Assembly (NCBI GenBank): GCA_964635055.1
Contig: CAZWMT010000006.1
Span: 70,896-134,895, forward strand
Length of the DNA: 64,000 nt
Direction of reading: 5' to 3'
From: an uncultured Microthrixaceae bacterium
GTDB taxonomy: Bacteria > Actinomycetota > Acidimicrobiia > Acidimicrobiales > DATDAH01
Made by a program: the position numbers and the translations under genes. Below the pieces are notes generated by a model, which made no database searches, had not been told where the DNA came from, and saw nothing but the letters and a program-made list of their open reading frames with translations. This document shows positions 51,932 to 59,997 of this stretch, in pieces. The first letter of the stretch is position 1; the number at the start of each line of letters is the position of its first letter.

Positions 51932-53269
51932 CTATGCGGGCGCGGCGAGCCGGGTGCCGCAGCCGGCGCAGAACGCCGCGCCCGGCCGGGCCGCGGCGGC
52001 GCACTCGGGACAGGTCGCGGCGGCGGTGACGGTGGCTGGTGTCGACGCGGTGGCTGGCGTCGCGGCGGGGGAGGGAGGCGTCGGCCCGTGTTGTGCGGGC
52101 GCCGTTCGTGGGTCCGCAGCCGGTGACGCCGGAGCAGGTGGTGACTCGGCCGGTGGTGGCGCAGGTGACGTCGCCGCGGGTGGCTGCGACGCAGGCGACG
52201 GAGTCGCGGGTGCCGCTGCTGGTGACGCCGGCGGTGGCGCCGGGTCAGGGGCCACCGGTGGCGGTGACGGCGCCGCACCGTCGGGCGGGTCGAGGACGAC
52301 GACGAGGCGCTCGGGCATCCGGGTGGGTGCGCTCGCCGGCGATGCCGTGGAGGTCGACGCCGATCCGGTCGCGGGTGCCGGCCCGAGCGTGATCTGCAGC
52401 GGCGGTGGTTCGGGAGGGGTCGCCGCGTGCGGTGCTGTCACGGGCGGTGCTGTTGCGTGCGATGGCGTCGCGCGCGGGGCTGTCGCCAGAGGTGCTGTCG
52501 CGGGCGGGGCCGCCGCCGCGGTGGGTGGGTCGACCGCCGCCGCCTCGGGGTAGGCGGTCTTGGCCGACACGAACCAGTAGTCCGGCATCGTGTAGAGGAC
52601 GAACTTCTTCGGCGCGGCCTCCCGAGGGGAGGTGACCGAGAGCGCTTCGTAGGCCTCCCGCTTCTCGGGGGTGAGCGTGTGGTCGTGCGCCAGCCGGTAG
52701 CCCGCGCAGCGGCGGGCGATGCTGTGGGCGACTCGGGCCGCGCTGGCCCCGCGGCCCAGCGAGAAGTCGAGGTACACCTTCTTGCGGCGGCCGTTCTCCG
52801 ACACGCCCACGACCACCCGCAGGTCCTCGGTGCTCAACAGCCCCGCCTTGGGGCTGAAGCCCACGTCAGAGATCCACGGGTAGCGGGCGTGGCCCACGAG
52901 CATCTTGCCCTTGCGGCGGTGTGCGGCCCGGGCCTTGCTGGCCACGTTCAACACGCCGGCGGTGACGAGGCCGGCGGCGCCGAAGCCCATCCAGCCACCG
53001 CCCTTGTCGAACTTCGCACAGGCCACGGCCACCCGGGCGTCGGTGACGTACAGGGTGGGCTCGACCTCGAGCAGCTTGCTCGTGGTGACCAGCTTGCCGT
53101 CGATCGACTCCCGCACGTAGATCGCCTTGATCGGTGCCTGATCGATGGCGGTGCCGTCGAGCGGCTCGACGGCGATGAGGTGCCGGCGGTCGTCGGCCGC
53201 GCCCAGGACCGGGTAGAGCGAGCCGTCGTCCTCCTCGGCGGTGCGTATGGCGAGGAATTGATAGCCCAT
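51932..53269 (-). CDS. Hypothetical protein: ~250-aa unknown N-terminal domain, ~170-aa Pro/Ala-rich linker, C-terminal zinc ribbon
   Basis: The 445-aa ORF has good codon bias. Its C-terminus is 'CPECAAAARPGAAFCAGCG'. No TM or signal peptide seen. Confidence 0.7.
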   Translation of the reverse strand: MGYQFLAIRTAEEDDGSLYPVLGAADDRRHLIAVEPLDGTAIDQAPIKAIYVRESIDGKLVTTSKLLEVEPTLYVTDARVAVACAKFDKGGGWMGFGAAGLVTAGVLNVASKARAAHRRKGKMLVGHARYPWISDVGFSPKAGLLSTEDLRVVVGVSENGRRKKVYLDFSLGRGASAARVAHSIARRCAGYRLAHDHTLTPEKREAYEALSVTSPREAAPKKFVLYTMPDYWFVSAKTAYPEAAAVDPPTAAAAPPATAPLATAPRATPSHATAPPVTAPHAATPPEPPPLQITLGPAPATGSASTSTASPASAPTRMPERLVVVLDPPDGAAPSPPPVAPDPAPPPASPAAAPATPSPASQPPAATSPAPPPAESPPAPASPAADPRTAPAQHGPTPPSPAATPATASTPATVTAAATCPECAAAARPGAAFCAGCGTRLAAPA

Positions 53270-53302
53270 CGCGCCACGACGCTACTTCAGGCGGTCGCCA
53301 CT

Positions 53303-53587
53303 TCAGGCTGGCGCGGGCGCATCGGTGACCCCACCGTCGCCCGCATGGCGGCGAGCGGCGATCGCACGGTCACCCTCGGGCGCGTCGTCGCCGGCCGGCG
53401 CCGGCGCGCCGTGCCACGATCCGGCCGACCGGACCGCCTCGTGCGAGCGCCGACGGGCCGCGGCGCCACGGTGCGCCCGCTGGGCATCGGGGTGCTCGCC
53501 GACGTCGCGGCCCCCCGGCGCATCGAAGTAGAACACCGCCTTACCCCGGTGGGGGGTGCCCGGTGCGCCCGTCGCCCATAGCGACAA
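53303..53587 (-). CDS. Possible small hypothetical protein (94 aa, TTG start)
   Basis: G/C-rich third positions. It is co-directional with, and 33 nt upstream of, 51932..53269. No motif. Weak call. Confidence 0.3.
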   Translation of the reverse strand: MSLWATGAPGTPHRGKAVFYFDAPGGRDVGEHPDAQRAHRGAAARRRSHEAVRSAGSWHGAPAPAGDDAPEGDRAIAARRHAGDGGVTDAPAPA

Positions 53588-53624
53588 AGCTACAGTAATT
53601 GTAATTTCAACTCAATCATTTTCC
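53585..53624. promoter_or_regulatory. 40-nt AT-rich island in divergent intergenic region
   Basis: CAAAGCTACAGTAATTGTAATTTCAACTCAATCATTTTCC. It contains a tandem GTAATT GTAATT and TANNNT hexamers (TACAGT, TAATTT). It is the only clearly AT-rich stretch I saw in the window. Confidence 0.4.
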
Positions 53625-53676
53625 ACCGCTCGCCCGCTCGCTCACAGTCCGCCCGCCACCGGCCGATGTAGTCCCT

Positions 53677-54762
53677 ATGGCCCATGGCGCGCGTCTGGTG
53701 GTGGTCCTGGCCGCCGCTGCCGCCCTCGTGGCGGCGGCCGGCTGCACCGCCGATTCGGGCCGCGACATCGACGCCCTGCAGAACCCGACCCCGACGACAC
53801 TGGCACCGTTCGTCGAGCCTCACTTCGACGACACCCGCGACGTGGCGCTCGACCCGGTCGCACCCGGGGCGCCGATCGCCTTCCCGGTGACGATCCACGG
53901 CGGCGACGCGTCGCTCAGCGGCACGTTGAGTGGCCCTGACGGGCCCGTCGAGCGCGGGCGGGTGCGCCTCGAGCGCTTCGTGGGCGAGGCGACCGCCGTC
54001 CTCGAGGTCGCCACCAACGGCGAGGGGCGCTGGAACGCCAAGGGCATCCTCGGGGGTCGTTACCGGGTGCGGGGCTGGCGGATGCCCGACCTGGCGATGA
54101 ACTCGTCCACGGTGCTGTTCCTGGGTGCTGACGAGACGCGTGCGGTCGATCTCGCCGCCACGGTGCAAGGTGGCGTCGACGTCCAGGCCGACCTGCTGAC
54201 CGCGGTCCCCACCGTCGACGTGGCCGTGACGGTCAGCGCCCTGATCACCCGTCACCAGGTCGACGGCGACGGCATCGTGCAGGGCGTGCCGCTGGCGGGC
54301 ACGGTCGCCACCATCTCCGGTCCCGCCGGATGGGACATCCCGGTGCCGCAGGCGACCGTGGACGGTGCCGGTGAGGCCACGTGGTCGGTCACCTGTCGGA
54401 CGGCACGTCCCGCAGACCTGGTGGTCTCGGCGGGCGGCGGCTCGGCGCGCCTCACGGTGGCCGCCTGCAACCGGCCCAGCCCGCCCACGACGGCGGTCAC
54501 CATCCCGGACCGGCCCGTGGCCGACTTCCCGGTGGGCTCGACCTTCACGCCGCCGTTCGCCGGCCCGCTGCCGGCCGGCACCTACACGGTGACGGGCGAC
54601 GCCGCCTCCTGCGCCCTGGTGTACGAGGTGTGGGACGGGACCGCGTGGAGCGACGACCGGGTGACCGCCACGGGCACGGACGCCGTGGTGCTCGACACGT
54701 TCGCCCGCAACCTGGAGACGATCGGCGACGCCCCGCCCTGCACCTACGAGCGCACCGCGTGA
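53677..54762 (+). CDS. Hypothetical lipoprotein with carboxypeptidase-regulatory-like beta-sandwich segment
   Basis: Lipobox 'LVAAAGC'. 'GRVRLERFVGEATAVLEVATNGEGRWNAKGILGGRYRVRG'. Confidence 0.7.
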   Translation: MAHGARLVVVLAAAAALVAAAGCTADSGRDIDALQNPTPTTLAPFVEPHFDDTRDVALDPVAPGAPIAFPVTIHGGDASLSGTLSGPDGPVERGRVRLERFVGEATAVLEVATNGEGRWNAKGILGGRYRVRGWRMPDLAMNSSTVLFLGADETRAVDLAATVQGGVDVQADLLTAVPTVDVAVTVSALITRHQVDGDGIVQGVPLAGTVATISGPAGWDIPVPQATVDGAGEATWSVTCRTARPADLVVSAGGGSARLTVAACNRPSPPTTAVTIPDRPVADFPVGSTFTPPFAGPLPAGTYTVTGDAASCALVYEVWDGTAWSDDRVTATGTDAVVLDTFARNLETIGDAPPCTYERTA

Positions 54763-54796
54763 GCCGGGAGCGCACCATGAGCCAGGGGCGTGCCGC

Positions 54797-56935
54797 GTGA
54801 GCAACGGTCGGACCGTCGCCTACCCGCCGCGCAAGCGGCGCCGGCGTTGGTGGGGGATCCCCCGGATGACGGTGAAGGTGGCGGTGCTGGCGGTGGTGGT
54901 CGTCGGCGTCTGCATCCCGGCCGCGGCGGCGACTGCGTTCTGGACGCTCATCAAGGCCGATGTGCCGGGGTCGCTCCCGACCGACCGCAACCCTCGTGTG
55001 CGCTCGATGCCCACCACGGTGTACGACGCCGCGGGGAACCCCATCAGCCAGTTCCGTGAGTTCGAGCTGACCGTGCCGACCCGCCCCGGCGACATCCCCG
55101 ACGTGCTGGAGAACGCAGTGGTGGCGGTGGAGGACCGCAACTTCTGGAGCCACGACGGCGTCGATCCCGAGGCCATCGTCCGAGCGGCGCTGACCAACTT
55201 CGAGAACGGCGAGACCGTCGAGGGCGGCTCCACCATCACCCAGCAGTACGTCAAGAACACCTACACGCACGGTGAGCGGAACCTGAGCCGCAAGCTGCGC
55301 GAGGCGTTGCTCGCCAGTCGGCTCGAGCGGGAGGTGCCCAAGGAGACGATCCTGTTCCGGTACCTCACGACCATCTACTTCGGCGACGGCGCCTACGGGG
55401 TGGGGGCCGCGGCCGAGTCGTACTTCCGCAAGCCCGTGTCGGAGCTGACCGCGTCGGAGGCGGCGATGTTGGCGGGCACCATCGCATCGCCGAACAACTA
55501 CGGCCCTCGTGGCAACGCAGATGTGGCCGAGCGCCGCCGGGTGCAGTCGCTGCGGGCCATGCGTGACCAGGGGTACCTCACCCGCGCCGAGTTCCGGGCG
55601 GCTCGAGCCGAGCACCTCTGGTACTCGCCCTTCGGTGACCCACCGGGGCCGGCCACCGTGGTGTACCCGCCACCGCAGAACGACGTGCACACCGTGCATC
55701 CGTACTTCGTGGACTACGTGCGCCGGTACCTGCTGGCCCGGTTCGGTCACGACACCCTCTACCGGGGCGGGCTGCGGGTGGAGACGACCATCGACCCGAC
55801 CCTGCAGGTGCAGGCCGAGCAGTCGGTGGCCCGGACGCTCGACGGCACGGCACCACCGCTGGAGATGTCCCTGGTCACCGTCGACCCGGTGACCGGCCAC
55901 GTGAAGGCCATGGTGGGCGGGCGCGACTTCGCCCAGAACCAGGTCAACCTGGCACTGGGTGGGACGCTGGGTGTCCAGCCGGGGTCGTCGTTCAAGGCCT
56001 TCGTGCTGGCGTCCGCGTTCGAGCGGGGCATCGAGCCGGACGACCGCTACCCGGCCCCGTCGTCGATCACCCTGCCGAACTGCACCGGCGAGTGCACGAT
56101 CTCGAACGCCGAGCCGGGCAACGGCGGGGTCGAGGACCTGCGCCAGGCCACCGCCCACTCGGTGAACACCGTGTTCGCCCAGCTGATCCAGGACGTCGGG
56201 CCGCAGAACGTGGCCGAGCTGGCCCACCGGCTCGGCGTGCGGTCCATCGACCCCGAGACCACCCAGTACGGCGTCTCGCTGGCACTGGGGGCCTACGAGA
56301 CGTCGCCGCTCGAGATGGCCGCCGGCTACTCGGTGTTCGCGAACCACGGCGTCCGGGTGCCGGCCAGCCCCATCCTGCGGGTGCTCGACCACCAGGGCCG
56401 GGTGCTCATGGACAACAGCGCACCCCAGGGCGATCAGGTGCTCGACCCTGCGGTGGCCGACACGGTCACGTCCTTGCTCGAGGGTGTGATCACCGGGGGC
56501 ACGGGCACGGCCGCCGACATCGGCCGGCCGGCCGCGGGCAAGACGGGCACCGCGCAGGAGCACCGGGCGGCCTGGTTCGTGGGCTACACGCCCCAGCTGT
56601 CCACCGCCGTGTGGATGGGCTACTCGGACGTGCCCCGGCCCCTGCTGGGCATCAAGGGTGCGGGCTCGGTGTTCGGGGGAGGGTTCCCCGCCCAGACCTG
56701 GGCCGACTTCATGCGGTCGGCCCTGGCCGATCAGCCGGTGGTGGCGTTCCCCGTCCCGGGCCCGTTGCCGACGCCGGTGGCACTCGCCCCCACCCCGGCG
56801 CCCGCCGCCGACCCGGAGGCCCCGCCGACGACGGCACCGTTCGTCCCGGAGCCGGGCGATCCGATGTCGCCGACCCAGATCCCCACCGATTGCGGGGGCC
56901 CGTGCGACCAGACCCCCGATCTGGGGTCACCGTGA
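54797..56935 (+). CDS. Class A penicillin-binding protein (GT51 transglycosylase + transpeptidase)
   Basis: GTG start at 54797, then a TM anchor. GT51 motifs 'VAVEDRNFWSHDGVD' and 'GGSTITQQYVKN'. TPase motifs 'GSSFK', 'SVN', 'KTGT'. Pro-rich tail. Confidence 0.9.
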   Translation: MSNGRTVAYPPRKRRRRWWGIPRMTVKVAVLAVVVVGVCIPAAAATAFWTLIKADVPGSLPTDRNPRVRSMPTTVYDAAGNPISQFREFELTVPTRPGDIPDVLENAVVAVEDRNFWSHDGVDPEAIVRAALTNFENGETVEGGSTITQQYVKNTYTHGERNLSRKLREALLASRLEREVPKETILFRYLTTIYFGDGAYGVGAAAESYFRKPVSELTASEAAMLAGTIASPNNYGPRGNADVAERRRVQSLRAMRDQGYLTRAEFRAARAEHLWYSPFGDPPGPATVVYPPPQNDVHTVHPYFVDYVRRYLLARFGHDTLYRGGLRVETTIDPTLQVQAEQSVARTLDGTAPPLEMSLVTVDPVTGHVKAMVGGRDFAQNQVNLALGGTLGVQPGSSFKAFVLASAFERGIEPDDRYPAPSSITLPNCTGECTISNAEPGNGGVEDLRQATAHSVNTVFAQLIQDVGPQNVAELAHRLGVRSIDPETTQYGVSLALGAYETSPLEMAAGYSVFANHGVRVPASPILRVLDHQGRVLMDNSAPQGDQVLDPAVADTVTSLLEGVITGGTGTAADIGRPAAGKTGTAQEHRAAWFVGYTPQLSTAVWMGYSDVPRPLLGIKGAGSVFGGGFPAQTWADFMRSALADQPVVAFPVPGPLPTPVALAPTPAPAADPEAPPTTAPFVPEPGDPMSPTQIPTDCGGPCDQTPDLGSP

Positions 56936-57198
56936 GGCACCGGCGCGCGATCCCCGTCGCCACCTCGCTGCTCGGTGGTGGCCCACCGCCGGGGTGGCTG
57001 CCCACCGCGAGCGGTCGCTGGCGAGACGACGGCGGGTGGCGGTTGGCGGTTGGCGCTCAGGGTGCCGGCGATCCCGCCGATGAGAGACACCATGAGTGAA
57101 GCGCGTGGCCCCGGCCGGCGTGGCCCGGACACCCGATCGACCACGGTCGCGGTCGACCGCCGACCGCTCGACCCGTGCTCTCGACGGGAGCGGGACGC

Positions 57199-58647
57199 AT
57201 GATCGACCGGGCCGAGCACGCCGCGACCAGGCGGCTGCACCGCGAGCTGCGCTCACCGCTTCCCGCCGAGGGCGACGCCGGCGGGGTCGACCACGTCGAC
57301 GACCTGCGCGAGCTGTGGGACGGTCTCGTCGCCGACGCCATGCCCGTGGAGCCGATCGTGGAGTCGATCCCTCCGGTCGAGTCGGCCACACCGGTGGCGC
57401 CGCTGCCCCCGCTGCCCACCCGGACCAACCGCAGGGGAGCCGAGACGGTGGCGCCCGAGTGGCCCGCGGTGGCGCCACGGGTGGCAGGCCGCACCGTGAT
57501 CCCCACCGGCGAGCCCGACCTGGTGATCCTGCCGTCGGGCGAGCCGGCCACGCGCACCGCGCCGCCCGGTCCCGCAAGCTCCCCCGGTCCGACGCCCGGC
57601 ACGATCGCCACACCCGCGGGCGACGCCCTCCGCCCCCCCGCCGGCGCGGCCGCTCCCACCGATGCCGGCGCAGACGCCGACGGGCCCGAGCCCGATCCGG
57701 AGGTCGGGGCGAAGAAGCCGTCGCGACGCGAGCGCCGGGCGGCCAAGCGGTTGGCGAAGGACGAGAAGCGTGGTGCCCGTCTCGAACTGCGCCGGCACCG
57801 CATCCTGCCCCGCACCGTCATCGGCATCACCATGATGCTCCTCGCCGCCGCGGTCGGCGCCGCGTTCTCGGGAGCGCTGCTCTACGCCTATTACGACTGG
57901 CGCCTCTCGACCAACGAGGACCGGGTGGGCGTCCTGGCCGAGAGCCTGCAGCAGCGGCTCACCGACGCGGGGGCCTCCATCGACGAAGCCCAGCAACAGG
58001 CGCTGGCCGAGTTGCAGGATCGGGCCGGGCCCCTGATCGACCAGAAGAGCGACGCCGTGGCCATGGCCGACCTCACCCCGGTGGTGCTGCCCTCCACCTG
58101 GTTCGTGTCGACCCTCGACGAGAACGGCCAGCCGTCGGTGGGCACCGCGTTCGTCGTGTCGTCCGACGACACCAGCACCCTCCTGTTGACCTCGTACCGG
58201 GCCGTGTCGGCATCGACCACCCAGCCCGGCCCGGAGATCCAGCTGACCAACGACGGTGGCGACCCGGTGGTGGCGCAGCTCTACAGCTGGGACCCCGAGC
58301 ACGATCTGGCCCTGCTCACCATCGACCGGGGCGGCCTGACGCCGTTGACTTGGGCCACCGGCGACGACGCCGCGGTTACGGGGGAGCGGGTGTACGCGGC
58401 CAGCGGCGTGGGGGCCGAGGGCGTGACCTTCAGCCCCGGGACCGTGCTCGACCAGAGCGCCGACGGCATCCAGATGACCGCACCGGTCGGCAGCTCGTGG
58501 CAAGGAGGCCCGGTGGTGACCCAGGACGGCAAAGTGGTGGCGGTGGCGTCGCTGGCCTACCAGCCGCTCGGCTTCAACCCCGGCCAGGTGCCCTTCGCCC
58601 CGCCCGTCGACGCCGCCTGCGAGCGCGTCCTCGACTGCGGCGCGTAA
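57199..58647 (+). CDS. Membrane-anchored trypsin-like (S1C-fold) domain protein, catalytic residues apparently degenerate
   Basis: GGGAG SD followed by ATG 57199. Pro-rich cytoplasmic region, then TM 'VIGITMMLLAAAVGAAFSGALLY'. 'GTAFVVSSDDTSTLLLTSYRAV', 'EHDLALLTI', 'GSSWQGGPVV'. Confidence 0.7.
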   Translation: MIDRAEHAATRRLHRELRSPLPAEGDAGGVDHVDDLRELWDGLVADAMPVEPIVESIPPVESATPVAPLPPLPTRTNRRGAETVAPEWPAVAPRVAGRTVIPTGEPDLVILPSGEPATRTAPPGPASSPGPTPGTIATPAGDALRPPAGAAAPTDAGADADGPEPDPEVGAKKPSRRERRAAKRLAKDEKRGARLELRRHRILPRTVIGITMMLLAAAVGAAFSGALLYAYYDWRLSTNEDRVGVLAESLQQRLTDAGASIDEAQQQALAELQDRAGPLIDQKSDAVAMADLTPVVLPSTWFVSTLDENGQPSVGTAFVVSSDDTSTLLLTSYRAVSASTTQPGPEIQLTNDGGDPVVAQLYSWDPEHDLALLTIDRGGLTPLTWATGDDAAVTGERVYAASGVGAEGVTFSPGTVLDQSADGIQMTAPVGSSWQGGPVVTQDGKVVAVASLAYQPLGFNPGQVPFAPPVDAACERVLDCGA

Positions 58648-58863
58648 CACTGGCTCGGACTCCGTCCGAGCGGCTTCGCCACCCGGTTCGTCGGTGCCGC
58701 TGCTCCGCTCCGCTGCGCAGCGTGGCCTCTCGCGGTGGCTCGGACCCGTGTGGTCGGCTTCGCCATCCGGTTCGTCGGTGCTGCTGCTCCGCTCCGCTCC
58801 GCTCCGCCGCGTGGCCTCTCGCGGTGGCTCGGACCCGTCCGCTGGACCCGTCGAAGGTCAGCG
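58648..58863. repeat. Family-B element, tandem array of ~89-nt units (B4, B5, partial B5')
   Basis: Units 58648-58736 and 58737-58825, plus a partial unit at 58826-58863. The array begins 1 nt after the TAA (58645-47) and lies between convergent genes. Confidence 0.9.
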
Positions 58864-58923
58864 TCGCTCGGATTGGCGCCTGATGCTCGTCCTGACCCTC
58901 GCGTCGGGCGCCGGTTCGCGTGC

Positions 58924-59982
58924 TCAGGGACCGGGCGCCGCCGTCGTCGGCGTGGTCGCCGGGGGCAGGGTGGTCGGCGTCGGGGCGCCGCCCGGCAGGT
59001 CGGCCTCGAGGGCGGCGAAGATCGCGTTGGCGGCGCGGTCGCCACCGGCCCGGGTGAGGTGGATGCCGTCACTGTTGCGCATGTTCACCAGCTCGCCGCC
59101 GGCGCCGGTCAGGTAGTCCGAGTAGCTGCCGTTCTCGTCCTCGAACAGGTCGTACAGCGACACCACGGTGGTGTTGGGGTGGTCGGCGGCCACGTCGGCG
59201 AAGATGCCGTTCATCAGCCGGAGTCGGGCCGAGTAGTCGGCGTCGCGGGCGATGGGCTGGCCGATCCAGTACACCCGGACCCCCTGCTGTTCGAGGTAGG
59301 TCATCACCGCGTCGACCCGGCGGGCGTACGCGGCGTTCCACTCGGGGTCGCCGGGCTGGAACACACCAGTGTCGAGCTCCATGCCCTGGCCGTCGTTGGC
59401 CCCGAACACCACCACCATCGCGTCGGGGTGGTTGGTCTCCACCACCGACTGGATCTCGGCGGGCCAGTTGTAGAAGTCGGGTCGGGTGAGGCCACTCGAG
59501 AACTCGAAGTCGAGCGTGGCCTCCATCACACCGGTGGAGTCGGCCCGCTCGATCAGCGACTGGCCGAGGACCTCGGCCTGCGAGTCGCCCACGATCCAGA
59601 TCGTGAGCGGGTCCTCGGCGGTGGGCTCACGGAGGGCGGCGGCGTCGGCTGCGGGGGGCGGGCCCTCGGTGGGCGCCTCGGCCAACTCGTCGAAGGCGGC
59701 GGCGTCGCCGAAGGTGTGGCCCAAGGCGTCGTCGGCGGTCTGCCGCGGGCGGTCCAGCAGCACGAGGTGGCTGAGCCCGTCGATGGGCCTCACCAGCGCC
59801 AACTCCACCGTCCGCTGCCAGCCGAACGGCTGGCGTTCGATGATGCGCAGCAGGCTCGAGGCGTTCATCAGCGTGAACAGGCCGAACGCCACGACGCCCA
59901 CGATCGTGACCTGCCGCAGGGTGAGCGGGCGGGTCTCGGGGGCCGGAGGCGGGCGCAGTGCGGTGCGTTGGTGCTCGGGCAT
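58924..59982 (-). CDS. SGNH/GDSL-like hydrolase (DUF459-type), membrane-anchored; partner of MBOAT
   Basis: TM 'VTIVGVVAFGLFTLM'. 'IWIVGDSQAE' (GDS block), 'VVVFGANDGQ', 'NSDGIHLT' (DxxH). Confidence 0.75.
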   Translation of the reverse strand: MPEHQRTALRPPPAPETRPLTLRQVTIVGVVAFGLFTLMNASSLLRIIERQPFGWQRTVELALVRPIDGLSHLVLLDRPRQTADDALGHTFGDAAAFDELAEAPTEGPPPAADAAALREPTAEDPLTIWIVGDSQAEVLGQSLIERADSTGVMEATLDFEFSSGLTRPDFYNWPAEIQSVVETNHPDAMVVVFGANDGQGMELDTGVFQPGDPEWNAAYARRVDAVMTYLEQQGVRVYWIGQPIARDADYSARLRLMNGIFADVAADHPNTTVVSLYDLFEDENGSYSDYLTGAGGELVNMRNSDGIHLTRAGGDRAANAIFAALEADLPGGAPTPTTLPPATTPTTAAPGP

Positions 59983-59997
59983 GAGACCTGGAGGGGA

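Noticed and set aside
56936-57198. Small ORFs in the 263-nt gap after the PBP gene (56975..57202 on plus, and part of 56731..57240 on minus).
   Set aside because: Neither has motifs or a convincing start context. The region contains short G-rich repeats (GGCGGTT x2, GGTGGC..CCACC) and looks non-coding. Its function is unknown.
58648-58863. Possible CRISPR array (tandem ~89-nt units; also 27141..27269).
   Set aside because: The units abut one another with no unique spacers. The unit length is far from CRISPR repeat size, and no cas genes are present. I treat these as tandem copies of the family-B element.
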